From Candidatus Omnitrophota bacterium (GTDB taxonomy: Bacteria; Ratteibacteria; UBA8468; MWAK01), in contig JBDRQI010000011.1 in the NCBI GenBank assembly GCA_043826355.1, forward strand, positions 1 to 64,000: a stretch of DNA of 64,000 nt. Reading direction: 5' to 3'. A program made the position numbers and the translations under genes. Below the pieces are notes generated by a model. That model was not told the origin of the DNA. It searched no databases and worked only from the letters and a program-made list of their open reading frames with translations. Positions 17,650 to 27,925 of the stretch are shown here, in pieces; within the stretch, counting starts at the first letter, position 1, and the number at the start of each line of letters is the position of its first letter.

Positions 17650-19323
17650 ATGAATGGTTCTCAAATTCTGGTTGAGGCTTTAAAAAAAGAGGGGATAAAA
17701 CACCTTTTCGGGATACCCGGCGGGAGTATTATTCATTTTTTTGATATGCTTTACCAACAGAAAGAGATAGAATTAATTCTTACCAGGCACGAGCAGGCAG
17801 CCGCCCACATGGCCGATGGTTACGCCCGGGCGACCGGTAAGGTTGGGGTTTGCGTGGCAACCAGCGGGCCCGGCGCCACCAACCTGGTTACCGGACTTGC
17901 CACCGCCTACATGGACTCTATCCCGATAGTTGCAATTACCGGTCAGGTTGCTACGGGGCTTATTGGTAACGATGCGTTTCAGGAAGTCGATACCACCGGT
18001 ATTACCAGGCCGATTACCAAAAACAATTACCTGGTGAAGGATGTGCGCGAATTGGCCAAGACCATAAAAGAAGCATTTTACGTGGCTGTTTCCGGTCGCC
18101 CCGGACCGGTATTAATCGATTTTCCCAGCGATATTCAAAGAGCGGAGACTGATTTTGTTTACCCGCATAAAGTGGAGATAAAGAGTTACCGGCCGAAAAC
18201 AGAAGGTCATTCAATGCAGATTAAGAAAGCGGTGGAACTTATTTTGTCTGCGAAACGGCCGATAATTTACGCCGGGGGCGGTGTGATGCTCGGCAAAGCC
18301 AGCCAGGAATTGACTGAATTTGCGCACAAGACCGGCATACCGGTAATCCTCACCCTGATGGGATTGGGTTCTTTCCCGGCCGACGACCCTCTCTTTACCG
18401 GTATGCCGGGAATGCACGGGCCAAAATACGCCAACTACAGCGTTGTGAAATCTGACTTGATTATTTCAATAGGAACGCGTTTTTCTGACCGGGTGACCGG
18501 AAAGCTGGAATCGTTCAAAGCAAACACCAAATTCATTCATATCGATATTGACCCTTCTTCTATTAGCAAGATAGTTCCGACAGACGTACCGATTGTGGGC
18601 GACGTCAAGAATGTTTTAAACGAATTGATGCCTTTGGTTAAGGCGGTAAATTGCCGTGAATGGCGGGAGAAGATCGCGGGCTGGAAGAAAGAGCACCCGC
18701 TTGCCTACCGGAAAAATGACGGGAAGCTAAGGCCCCAATTTATTATTGAAGAGATTAACCGGGTTACCGAGGGCAAAGCGATAATCGCCACGGAAGTGGG
18801 CCAGCACCAGATGTGGGTTGCCCAGTTTTACCGTTTTAACCATCCCAATTCCTTGATTACTTCCGGCGGTCTGGGAACGATGGGTTTCGGTTTTCCGGCT
18901 GCCATCGGAGCAAAATTTGGGTGTCCCGACCACGTTGTTTTCGATATTGCCGGAGACGGCAGTTTTCAGATGAACATCCAGGAATTGACCACCGCGGTAA
19001 TCAACCGCATTCCAGTTAAGGTGGCAATTCTTAATAATTGCTACCTGGGTATGGTGAGGCAGTGGCAGGAACTTTTTTACAACAAGCGTTATTCCGGAAC
19101 CCACCTTGGCTCCTGTCCTGATTTCGCCCGGATTGCCGAGGCGTTCGGCGCTAAAGGAAGACGGGTAACCCGCCCGGAAGAAGTGGAGGGGGCGCTGAGA
19201 GAATCTTTAAAGGAAACAGAACTTCCTTTTGTGATGGATTTCCGAATTGAACAGGAGGAGAACGTCTTCCCGATGGTTCCAGCCGGCGCTTCCCTGGACG
19301 AAATGATTAGCGGTTTAGCGTAA
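17650..19323 (+). CDS. ilvB: Acetolactate synthase large subunit
   Basis: RHEQAAAHMADGYAR, TSGPGATN, GDGSFQMN, GMVRQWQ. Confidence 0.96.
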   Translation: MNGSQILVEALKKEGIKHLFGIPGGSIIHFFDMLYQQKEIELILTRHEQAAAHMADGYARATGKVGVCVATSGPGATNLVTGLATAYMDSIPIVAITGQVATGLIGNDAFQEVDTTGITRPITKNNYLVKDVRELAKTIKEAFYVAVSGRPGPVLIDFPSDIQRAETDFVYPHKVEIKSYRPKTEGHSMQIKKAVELILSAKRPIIYAGGGVMLGKASQELTEFAHKTGIPVILTLMGLGSFPADDPLFTGMPGMHGPKYANYSVVKSDLIISIGTRFSDRVTGKLESFKANTKFIHIDIDPSSISKIVPTDVPIVGDVKNVLNELMPLVKAVNCREWREKIAGWKKEHPLAYRKNDGKLRPQFIIEEINRVTEGKAIIATEVGQHQMWVAQFYRFNHPNSLITSGGLGTMGFGFPAAIGAKFGCPDHVVFDIAGDGSFQMNIQELTTAVINRIPVKVAILNNCYLGMVRQWQELFYNKRYSGTHLGSCPDFARIAEAFGAKGRRVTRPEEVEGALRESLKETELPFVMDFRIEQEENVFPMVPAGASLDEMISGLA

Positions 19324-19329
19324 AAAATT

Positions 19330-19806
19330 ATGGAAGAGCATATTATCAGTTTAACGGTTGAAGACCGCTTCGGTATGCTGGCCAGGATTGCCGGCCTCTT
19401 TTCGGCCCGCGGCTACAACATTAACAGCCTGGTTGTGGCAACGACAGAAGATCCTTCGGTGAGCCGTTTGGTGCTTACGGTTTCCGGAGACCAGCCGATT
19501 ATCGAGCAGATAGTCAAGCAGTTAAACAAGCTGATAGGCGTAATCAAGACCATTGATTTGAGCGAAGGCAAGTATTTGGAGCGGGAACTGCTTTTGGTTA
19601 AAGTAGAGAACAACCCCCAGAAGCGTTCCGAAGTTTTGAAATTGGTAGAACTTTACCGGGGCATGGTGATAGATGTTACCTCAAAACACCTGATGGTTGA
19701 AGCGATGGGCGAAAGCCACCAGATTGACGGGCTTTTGGTCGCATTGCGACCCTACGGCGTAAAAGAGGTTGTTCGTACCGGCAAGATGGCAATCTCCCGG
19801 GAATAA
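19330..19806 (+). CDS. ilvN: Acetolactate synthase small subunit
   Basis: ACT domain [27 protein letters not shown]. Confidence 0.95.
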   Translation: MEEHIISLTVEDRFGMLARIAGLFSARGYNINSLVVATTEDPSVSRLVLTVSGDQPIIEQIVKQLNKLIGVIKTIDLSEGKYLERELLLVKVENNPQKRSEVLKLVELYRGMVIDVTSKHLMVEAMGESHQIDGLLVALRPYGVKEVVRTGKMAISRE

Positions 19807-19897
19807 TAGCGCTCTTAAAGAAAGAGAAATACATATTACAACGCACGCAGTGCGACCCTTGCAGGGTCGCCAGTTTTCAATGACGGAGGAACAAAAG

Positions 19898-20890
19898 ATG
19901 GCAAAGATTTATTATGATGAAGATGCTGATTTGAAAGACCTGAAAGGCAAGAAAGTGGCAATCGTGGGTTACGGGATTCAAGGCAGGGCTCATAGTCTTA
20001 ACCTGCGTGATTCCAAGGTAGAGGTTGTAATTGCCGAACTGCCCGGTACACCCAATTACGCCAAGGCGGTAGAAGACGGTTTCAAGCCGGTTTCCGCCCG
20101 GGAAGCTGCTTCAGCCGCGGATATTATCATGATGCTGGTTCAGGATAATTTCCAGCCTGATGTTTACAAATCCGATATTTTGCCGGTGCTTAAAACCGGT
20201 AAGACGCTGGGTTTTGCCCACGGATTTTCCATCGTGTTTAACCAGATTGTGCCGCCCAAGGATGTTGATGTGATAATGGTTGCGCCCAAAGGTCCCGGCG
20301 GACTGGTGCGTGATATGTTTATCCAGGGTAAGGGCGTGCCCTGCCTGGTGGCGGTGGAGCAGGAATATACCGGTAATGCACTTAAAGTTGCGTTGGCGTA
20401 TATTAAAGCCCTCGGCGGAAGCAAGGCCGGCATCATTGAGACCACTTTCAAGGAAGAGACGGAGACCGACCTTTTTGGGGAGCAGGCAGTGTTGTGCGGA
20501 GGCGTGTCTGCGCTGATCAAGGCCGGATTTGAAACGTTGGTTGAGGCGGGATACCAGCCGGAAATAGCCTATTACGAAACTTGCCATGAGTTGAAACTGA
20601 TCGTTGATTTGATTAACGAGAGGGGCATTACTGGAATGCGCAAAGGAGTAAGTGATACCGCCGAATACGGTGATTTAACGCGGGGTCCGCGGATTATTGA
20701 CGGCCGGGTGAAGGACGAGATGCGCAAAATGCTAACCGAAATTCAGAATGGTGAGTTTGCCCGGGAATGGATTCTGGAGAACAAGGTGGGACGGCCGGTT
20801 TATCACGCCCTGGTCAGGAAAGATGAAATTCATCCGCTGGAGATTGTGGGTAAGAAACTCCGCGGTATGATGGTCTGGCTGAAAAAATAA
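19898..20890 (+). CDS. ilvC: Ketol-acid reductoisomerase
   Basis: [39 protein letters not shown]. Confidence 0.97.
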   Translation: MAKIYYDEDADLKDLKGKKVAIVGYGIQGRAHSLNLRDSKVEVVIAELPGTPNYAKAVEDGFKPVSAREAASAADIIMMLVQDNFQPDVYKSDILPVLKTGKTLGFAHGFSIVFNQIVPPKDVDVIMVAPKGPGGLVRDMFIQGKGVPCLVAVEQEYTGNALKVALAYIKALGGSKAGIIETTFKEETETDLFGEQAVLCGGVSALIKAGFETLVEAGYQPEIAYYETCHELKLIVDLINERGITGMRKGVSDTAEYGDLTRGPRIIDGRVKDEMRKMLTEIQNGEFAREWILENKVGRPVYHALVRKDEIHPLEIVGKKLRGMMVWLKK

Positions 20891-20958
20891 AACACACACC
20901 CCCCACCTCGCCCCAACGGGGAGATATGATAGGGGGATGAAGATGGGGGCAAAAAGTA

Positions 20959-21588
20959 ATGCGGTTGTTTTTCGCAGTCTTAATTCCGCCTGTAATTAGT
21001 CGGGGAATAGCCGCGGAAAGAGAAAACATATCAGTGCCTTTCCTGCGCTGGGTCGCCCCGGAGAACCAGCATTTTACCCTGCGTTTTTTAGGTGAAATTG
21101 AAGAGGGGAGGGTGGCGGAATTGATTTTAAACGGCCGGGAAACCGCCTTAAAGCACCATTCGTTTTCACTCACTATCTTTGGGGCCGGTTTCTTTCCGGA
21201 CGAGGAAAGACCCAGGGTATTCTGGGTTGGGACCGGCGAGGGTTCGGAAAAACTTATTGCCCTGGCCGGAGATTTATCCCTGGGTTCTGAAAACCACCTT
21301 TTTTTTCCTCATCTTACCGTAGCCCGAATTACCCCCCGCCTTTACCCTCCCCTTCAACGGGGGAGGCGGGGTGGGAGTGAAAAAAATAAATTTCAGGAAC
21401 TGGAGTCCTGGAAGAACAGGAATTTCGGTTCGTTTTCGGTCAATGAATTTTGTCTTGTGGAATCATTGCTTCTGCCCGTCTGGACGAGTCGTCAGACTTC
21501 GCCGAACTTGGCGAGGTCTGGCCGACCAACCGGCGCAGTTTACCGAAAAGTTCATTCTTTTTCACTGGAGGCGTTAGATGGAAGATAA
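20959..21588 (+). CDS. thpR: RNA 2',3'-cyclic phosphodiesterase (2H family) with two in-frame palindromic insertions
   Basis: [14 protein letters not shown] and PHLTVAR (two HxT motifs); upstream of recA. Confidence 0.88.
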   Translation: MRLFFAVLIPPVISRGIAAERENISVPFLRWVAPENQHFTLRFLGEIEEGRVAELILNGRETALKHHSFSLTIFGAGFFPDEERPRVFWVGTGEGSEKLIALAGDLSLGSENHLFFPHLTVARITPRLYPPLQRGRRGGSEKNKFQELESWKNRNFGSFSVNEFCLVESLLLPVWTSRQTSPNLARSGRPTGAVYRKVHSFSLEALDGR

Positions 21589-22582
21589 GGTGAAGGTCGG
21601 ATTAGCGGAAGCAATTAAGAATATTGAAAAGGAGTTTGGCAAAGGTGCGATTATGCGACTGGGTGAACGCGTCCACGAAAAAGTTGATGCCATTCCGACC
21701 GGTTCCCTTGCTCTTGATTATGCGTTGGGCGTTGGCGGAATTCCCCGGGGCAGGGTTACGGAAATTTTTGGTCCGGAATCTTCCGGAAAGACCACCCTGG
21801 CTTTGCATATCATCGCTGAAGCCCAGAAATTAGGTGGTCAGGTTGCGTTTATAGATGCGGAACACGCCCTTGACCCGGAATATGCCCGGAAAATAGGCGT
21901 TAATATCGACGACTTGTTCCTTTCCCAGCCGGATTCCGGCGAACAGGCCCTGGAGATTGCGGACCGGCTGGTCAAGAGCAATGCCATTGACGTAATTGTG
22001 GTTGATTCGGTGGCTGCGCTTGTGCCCCGGGCCGAATTGGAAGGAGCGATGGGTGACAGCGTGATGGGTTTGCAGGCGCGGCTTATGAGCCAGGCGCTGC
22101 GCAAGATGACCGCAACTATAAACCGCAGTAAGACCGCGGTTCTCTTTATCAACCAGTTGCGCGAAAAGATAGGTGTCTTTTTCGGCAACCCGGAAACCAC
22201 TCCCGGCGGCCGCGCTCTTAAATTTTACACCAGCGTCCGCATTGACATCCGGCGCATCGGTTCCATCGAGGGCGAAAAGAATGTCAAAGGCGATAAAAAC
22301 ATAATCGGTAACCATACGCGGGCCAAAGTAGTCAAAAATAAAGTAGCCCCTCCGTTCCGGGAAGCGCTTTTTGACATCTATTACAACCAGGGGATATCCA
22401 AAGAGGGCTCGATTATTGACATCGGAGTGGACCAAAAGGTTTTGGAAAAGAAGGGAAACTCCTTCTATTACGGCAGTCAGAACATAGGTTTAGGACGGGA
22501 GCAGGCGCGGATTTACCTGAAAGAGCATCAGGAAGTAAGGGATAAGATCGAGGCGGAATTGCGGGCTAAAATAAACCCTTAA
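21578..22582 (+). CDS. recA: Recombinase A
   Basis: [42 protein letters not shown]. Confidence 0.99.
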   Translation: MEDKVKVGLAEAIKNIEKEFGKGAIMRLGERVHEKVDAIPTGSLALDYALGVGGIPRGRVTEIFGPESSGKTTLALHIIAEAQKLGGQVAFIDAEHALDPEYARKIGVNIDDLFLSQPDSGEQALEIADRLVKSNAIDVIVVDSVAALVPRAELEGAMGDSVMGLQARLMSQALRKMTATINRSKTAVLFINQLREKIGVFFGNPETTPGGRALKFYTSVRIDIRRIGSIEGEKNVKGDKNIIGNHTRAKVVKNKVAPPFREALFDIYYNQGISKEGSIIDIGVDQKVLEKKGNSFYYGSQNIGLGREQARIYLKEHQEVRDKIEAELRAKINP

Positions 22583-22604
22583 CCGAATTCTTGCATCTAA
22601 TATT
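22572..22604 (+). promoter_or_regulatory. Putative ECF-sigma promoter of degP
   Basis: TAAAC-N16-GCATCTAATATT, matching 58380-58412. Confidence 0.6.
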
Positions 22605-22665
22605 ATAAACGTATGATTTGGGATGGTTCGGGCACGGTAAATGGTACCCCTGCACAGGAGGCAGA

Positions 22666-24132
22666 ATGGAACGCAAAACAGTTATCTGGAGAATTGTTTT
22701 AACAGTTCTTTTTGTTGCGACAGCCGGCTTCTCGTTTTGGGGAGGTAAGGCGCTGGCTGAAAAGCAGTCCGGAAAATCGGTTGTGCCCCTTATGCTGGGT
22801 CCGGAGATTACTTCCTTGGAACAGGCATCCATCCGCGTGGCCGGGGTGGTTAGTCCGGCCGTGGTCACCATACGTACCACCCAGAAAGTGGCCGGGTCGC
22901 AGAATCCGTTCGGGGACTTTTTTAACGACCCGTTCTTCCGGAGATTTTTCGGCGACATGCAGCCGCAGGAACCAAGAGAATATTTGCGGCAGGCCCTAGG
23001 CAGCGGCGTTATCGTCTCGGAAGACGGGTATATCCTTACTAATAACCACGTGATTAAAGATGCCGCCGAAGTTAAAATTAGACTTACGGATGGCCGCGAG
23101 TTTAACGCCAAGATAGTCGGCAAGGACGAAAAGACCGATCTTGCCCTGGCAAAAATTAATGCGGGAAACCTGCCTTACGCCGTTTTCGGAGATTCTTCAC
23201 AGATGAAGGTGGGTCAGTGGGTGATGGCAATCGGAAACCCGTTCGGCCTGGAAAGTACGGTTACCGTCGGTGTGGTCAGCGCAACCGGCAAACACCTGGG
23301 CATCAACCCGATTGAGAGTTTTATCCAGACAGACGCTTCTATTAACCAGGGGAATAGCGGCGGACCGTTGGTTAATCTGAAAGGCGAGGTAATTGGAATT
23401 AATACTGCCATTGTCGCCAGCGGCCAGGGAATCGGTTTTGCCATTCCCTCCAATATGGCCCGGAGCGTTTTTGAGCAGATACGGATTTCCGGTAAGGTGG
23501 TGCGCGGCTACCTGGGAATCTCGATGCAGGCGATTGACCCGGAGATGGCGCAGGAGATGGGTTTGAAACAGACCAACGGTGTTTTGATTGCCAACGTCTA
23601 TCCAGATACGCCGGCGGAAAAAGCAAACCTGAAACCAGGCGACGTAATTGTAAACGTTGACAACATTCCGGTCAAAGGTCCGGATGATGTTCAAAGCAGA
23701 ATCGGCAGCGCCAAACCCGGCGATGCGGTTGTGCTTCAGGTTGTTCGCAGCGGAAAGATGCTGGCACCGATATCTGTTTATCTGGCGGAGCAACCGGCGC
23801 AGATAGGTTCAGCGGCACCCCGGCCGGGAATGACTCAACCCGGAGAGGAGAAATCCTGGCGTGGAATGAAACTTGCCGATATCGCTCCCGGTATTGCAAA
23901 GGAACTGGGGCTTTCAGTCGCTTACGGCGTGCTGGTCGTTGATGTGTCCGCCTCCAGTCCGGTGGCCGGAAAACTGCCTCCGCAGAGCGTGATTTTAGAG
24001 GTGAACCAGCAGGTGATTAATAACCTTTCGGATTTTTTCCGGGTGGTTAAAGCAATTCCGGATTCAAAGTCGGCGATGGTGCGCGTATATACCGGCGGCA
24101 GATATTTTTATTTAATTATTCCCGGCAAATAA
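22666..24132 (+). CDS. degP: Do/DegP-family serine endoprotease with two PDZ domains
   Basis: LGSGVIV, TNNHV, QTDASINQGNSGGPL; SD AGGAGG. Confidence 0.93.
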   Translation: MERKTVIWRIVLTVLFVATAGFSFWGGKALAEKQSGKSVVPLMLGPEITSLEQASIRVAGVVSPAVVTIRTTQKVAGSQNPFGDFFNDPFFRRFFGDMQPQEPREYLRQALGSGVIVSEDGYILTNNHVIKDAAEVKIRLTDGREFNAKIVGKDEKTDLALAKINAGNLPYAVFGDSSQMKVGQWVMAIGNPFGLESTVTVGVVSATGKHLGINPIESFIQTDASINQGNSGGPLVNLKGEVIGINTAIVASGQGIGFAIPSNMARSVFEQIRISGKVVRGYLGISMQAIDPEMAQEMGLKQTNGVLIANVYPDTPAEKANLKPGDVIVNVDNIPVKGPDDVQSRIGSAKPGDAVVLQVVRSGKMLAPISVYLAEQPAQIGSAAPRPGMTQPGEEKSWRGMKLADIAPGIAKELGLSVAYGVLVVDVSASSPVAGKLPPQSVILEVNQQVINNLSDFFRVVKAIPDSKSAMVRVYTGGRYFYLIIPGK

Positions 24133-24135
24133 AGG

Positions 24136-24672
24136 TTAGCGCAAAAAAAGCTTTCGCAGGAGATTTTTGGCTTTAAAGAGCCGCGATTTTATTGTTCCTT
24201 CGTTAACCTTCAACTTTTTCGCAATTTCGCGATAGGATAATTCTTCTAAATAGCGAAGGACAATTACTTCCTGAAATAAAGCAGGAAGTCTGGCGATGCA
24301 TGCCCTTATCTTTTCTCCCTTTTCTGTTTTCGCAAAAGATTCGGCCCCAGATGGCAAGCCGGGAAGAGAGATTTTTACGCCTTCGGTCAGAGAAATGGTT
24401 ATTTTCCGTTTTTTTCTTAACCTTTTATGGTGGAGGTTGAAGAGGATGCGGTAGGCATAGGTATAAACCCCGCTTTTTCCCTTAAAACGCGGCAGACCAC
24501 GGTAAAGCCCCAGAAAAGTTTCCTGCAGGAGGTCTTTGGCTTCTTCCCGCTCTCCGCAGAGAAAAAGGGCAACGTGGTAAAGCCGGTTTTCCAGGGAAAT
24601 AATAATCTGCCCGAATGCTTCTAAATCCCCGTTTTTTGCCTCTGAAACAAGTAAATTTTCATCAGCCATCAT
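24136..24672 (-). CDS. ECF RNA polymerase sigma factor
   Basis: DLLQETFL, TYAYRI, LSYREIA...GTIKSRLFKA. Confidence 0.88.
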   Translation of the reverse strand: MMADENLLVSEAKNGDLEAFGQIIISLENRLYHVALFLCGEREEAKDLLQETFLGLYRGLPRFKGKSGVYTYAYRILFNLHHKRLRKKRKITISLTEGVKISLPGLPSGAESFAKTEKGEKIRACIARLPALFQEVIVLRYLEELSYREIAKKLKVNEGTIKSRLFKAKNLLRKLFLR

Positions 24673-24745
24673 ACGTTTGTTCGTCTTACCAGTAAACAAG
24701 GGGTTTGTTAATAACCGCTGGTTTGGAGTATAATATACCATAAAT

Positions 24746-25720
24746 ATGGGGATAAAAATAATCGGTACCGGGTCGTACCTGCCTCAAAAAGTTTTGACCA
24801 ACGCGGATTTAGAAAAGATGGTTGAAACTTCCGATGAGTGGATTAGCACCCGGACCGGTGTTTCCGAGCGAAGGATAGCGGCGCCGGAAGAGGCCGCATC
24901 CGACCTGGGAATACACGCTTGCCGTTTGGCTCTGGAACGGGCTAATTTTTCACCCGAAAAAATTGACGCTATAATTGCTGCAACCATCACCGGCGACTAC
25001 CATTTTCCGTCAACCGCCTGCCTTATTCAGAAAGGTCTGGGCGCTTCCAATGCTTTCGCTTTTGATTTAGCCGCTGCCTGTTCCGGATTCCTTTACGGCC
25101 TGGCTTGCAGCCGCGGGCTTATTCTTTCCGGACAGTGCCGTAATGTTTTGCTGGTTGCCACCGAGACCATGAGCCGGGTGACCGACTATACCGACCGGGG
25201 CACCTGCGTTCTGCTGGGTGACGGCGCCGGAGCCGTCCTCCTGTCAGCCGACGAGAAAGACGCTGTCCTGGGCAGTTACCTGGCGTCTGACGGTAACTAT
25301 ACCGATTTGCTTTTTATGCCGGGCGGCGGTGGACGTTATCCGGCAAGCCACGAGACAGTGGATAAACGTCTCCACTTCATGAAAATGGAGGGGCGGGCGC
25401 TCTTTAAGGTGGCGGTGCAGTTGATGACCGAAGCCGCCCGAAAAGCCCTGGAACAGGCAAACGCAAGCCCGGGAGAAATTTCGCTGGTTATTCCGCACCA
25501 GGCAAACTTGCGCATCATTCAGGCAGTGGTCAAGAACCTTTCCATGCCCATGGAAAAAGTTTTTTTGAATATTCATAATTACGGGAATATGTCGGCGGCT
25601 TCGTTAGCGGTCGGTTTTGACGAAGCGGTTGCCGGCGGCCGGGTAAAAGCCAACGACCTGGTGCTCCTTTTCGCTTTCGGCGCCGGTCTGACCTGGGCCG
25701 CTATGGTAATAAGGTTATAA
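24746..25720 (+). CDS. fabH: Beta-ketoacyl-ACP synthase III
   Basis: AACSGF, PHQANLRII, YGNMSAAS, FGAGLTW. Confidence 0.96.
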   Translation: MGIKIIGTGSYLPQKVLTNADLEKMVETSDEWISTRTGVSERRIAAPEEAASDLGIHACRLALERANFSPEKIDAIIAATITGDYHFPSTACLIQKGLGASNAFAFDLAAACSGFLYGLACSRGLILSGQCRNVLLVATETMSRVTDYTDRGTCVLLGDGAGAVLLSADEKDAVLGSYLASDGNYTDLLFMPGGGGRYPASHETVDKRLHFMKMEGRALFKVAVQLMTEAARKALEQANASPGEISLVIPHQANLRIIQAVVKNLSMPMEKVFLNIHNYGNMSAASLAVGFDEAVAGGRVKANDLVLLFAFGAGLTWAAMVIRL

Positions 25721-25822
25721 GTCACTTGACAACACTGCCGGAAGTTGCACTTTTTTCGCTTCTTCGGCTAATGGCAGGGAGTCTGTTTTTGCCGGACCTG
25801 ACGTTATTGCAGGGATGAGCAT

Positions 25823-25852
25823 TTGACAAGTACTAAATTCAGAAGATAAAAT
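25823..25852 (+). promoter_or_regulatory. Sigma70 promoter
   Basis: TTGACA N18 TAAAAT upstream of the LysM/NlpC gene. Confidence 0.6.
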
Positions 25853-25891
25853 ATAAAGACGAAGTTATTTTTAGTCTACAAATGAGGTGAA

Positions 25892-26794
25892 ATGCGTTAT
25901 TTAAAATTACTCGTGCTTTCGGTCTGCTTATTTTTTGCGCCGGCTTTTCTTTACGCCCAGCAGAAACATATTGTCGCCAAAGGAGAAAACCTTTACCGTA
26001 TCGCCAAAAACCACAATATTTCGGTTGAAGATTTAAAACGTCTTAATAACCTTTCCGGCAATCTTATCAATACGGGGCAGAAACTGATAATCAGCAGCAC
26101 CGAAGATGAAGAGAGCACGGCATCTGAAGTCGGGTCGGTCTACCACACCAAAAAGACATACCACCGGATTCGCAGCGGTGACACCTTATCCAAGATTGCC
26201 CGCAAGTATGAAATCACAATTGCGGAACTGAAGCGCTTCAACCAGAATGTTTCCGCTACCCAGCTTCAGATCAACAGCCGTCTTTTGGTTAAAGTTGACC
26301 GGGTTCGCGTACCCGAAGAAACAGAACCGAGGTTGGAGATTGCGGATAATGTGCCGGGCGAAATCGTAAAATCCAGGCTGCCTAAAGGAATTTCAGTAGA
26401 TGGCGTCGCGGCCGAACTTTTGGAGAGGGCGTTTGCTTTCCTGGATGTGCCGTACCGGTTAGGTGGTTTCAATAATCTGGGGATAGATTGTTCCGGTCTG
26501 GTTAAGAGGGCTTTCGGCGCCATCGGAGTTGACCTTCCCCGGACATCCCGGACCCAGTTTTTGGAAGGTACGCCGGTTCCCATCGCGGAGATTTCACCCG
26601 GCGACCTGCTCTTTTTTGCCAGGTCGACGACCGGCCGTTCTCCGTCGCATGTGGCTATCTATCTGGGCAACGGTTTGATTCTGCACGCCAGCAGCGCTGC
26701 CCGACGCGTCATTGTTGACAGTTTTGAATCGTCCACCTACCTGAAAAGCCGCTGTCTCGGCGCCCGCCGTATTTTAACGGATTCCGAAAAATAG
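25892..26794 (+). CDS. LysM x2 + NlpC/P60 peptidoglycan endopeptidase
   Basis: Signal peptide, two LysM repeats, GIDCSG, LPRTS, HVAIY. Confidence 0.92.
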   Translation: MRYLKLLVLSVCLFFAPAFLYAQQKHIVAKGENLYRIAKNHNISVEDLKRLNNLSGNLINTGQKLIISSTEDEESTASEVGSVYHTKKTYHRIRSGDTLSKIARKYEITIAELKRFNQNVSATQLQINSRLLVKVDRVRVPEETEPRLEIADNVPGEIVKSRLPKGISVDGVAAELLERAFAFLDVPYRLGGFNNLGIDCSGLVKRAFGAIGVDLPRTSRTQFLEGTPVPIAEISPGDLLFFARSTTGRSPSHVAIYLGNGLILHASSAARRVIVDSFESSTYLKSRCLGARRILTDSEK

Positions 26795-26836
26795 TAAACT
26801 GCATACTATTCATCATTTATCGTTAACCGCTTCTAT

Positions 26837-27826
26837 ATGATTGATTACGTTGATATTTTTATTTTTTCCGGTAAGGGTGGCGACGGGGCGGTTGCGTTCC
26901 GCCGTGAAAAATATGTTCCCCGCGGCGGACCTTCCGGCGGCGACGGCGGCGACGGCGGTTCGGTTACTATCCGGAGTGATGCTTCCGCAAACACCCTGAT
27001 TGATTTCCGCTACCGGCACCACTTTCGCGCTCAGCCCGGCGGAAACGGGCAGAAGAACCAAAAAACAGGTTCGGATGGCGAAAACCTTATCATCATCGTT
27101 CCACCGGGAACGGTTGTTAAAACCAAGGACGGCATAATTATTGCCGATCTGGAGAAACCGGGCCAGGAAGTTATGGTGGCAAAGGGAGGTAAGGGAGGTT
27201 TTGGAAATGACCATTTCTCCACCGCAACCATGCAGACGCCCCGGTTTGCCCAAAAAGGAACCCCGGGCGAAGAAGCGCACCTTGTCCTGGAACTTAAATT
27301 AATTGCTGACGCCGGTCTGGTTGGCTATCCCAACAGTGGAAAATCAACACTGCTTTCTGTAATCTCCCGCAGTAAGCCCAAAATTGCGCCCTATCCTTTC
27401 ACCACCCTGGAACCATGCCTGGGCCTGGTGCTTCTTGATAATGGCTATAGTTTTACGGCGGCGGATATCCCCGGGTTAATTGAAGGCGCCCACAAAGGGA
27501 GGGGTTTAGGCGACCGCTTTCTGCGCCACATTGAAAGGACCCGGGTTATTCTGCATATAGTTGACCTTTCCGAGCCGGACCCAATTGAGCGATATTGGAA
27601 AATTCGCGAAGAACTGGCGGGGTATGGCTGCGGCCTGGCTGAAAAAGCGGAAATTATTGTTGCCAATAAGATTGATTTGCCGAAAACGAAGGGAAATATA
27701 ACTGTTTTCCAGAAAGAGATGGAGTTGATTGGCAAACAGGTCTTTCCAATTTCAGCCCTGCGCCGGGAGGGTTTAAACCCGCTGCTTTACGCAACCGCTG
27801 AAATTTTACGAAATTCAAAAACGTAG
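26837..27826 (+). CDS. obg: Obg/CgtA GTPase (short, no C-terminal extension)
   Basis: GDGAVAFRREKYVPRGGPSGGDGG, GYPNSGKST, DIPGLIEGA, NKID. Confidence 0.96.
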   Translation: MIDYVDIFIFSGKGGDGAVAFRREKYVPRGGPSGGDGGDGGSVTIRSDASANTLIDFRYRHHFRAQPGGNGQKNQKTGSDGENLIIIVPPGTVVKTKDGIIIADLEKPGQEVMVAKGGKGGFGNDHFSTATMQTPRFAQKGTPGEEAHLVLELKLIADAGLVGYPNSGKSTLLSVISRSKPKIAPYPFTTLEPCLGLVLLDNGYSFTAADIPGLIEGAHKGRGLGDRFLRHIERTRVILHIVDLSEPDPIERYWKIREELAGYGCGLAEKAEIIVANKIDLPKTKGNITVFQKEMELIGKQVFPISALRREGLNPLLYATAEILRNSKT

Positions 27827-27925
27827 TTTTGCAGGGAGAAGCCGCGTCTTCCCGCGGGCTGAGCTTCACCAAATCCGCCCTGGCGGGCGGGGATGTAATC
27901 TTGCCCCTACATTGCAATCATGATG

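Noticed and set aside
25720..25822. Riboswitch (c-di-AMP or c-di-GMP) upstream of the LysM/NlpC gene
   Set aside because: I could not find the conserved motifs, and the best promoter lies downstream of this segment. An Rfam scan would settle it.
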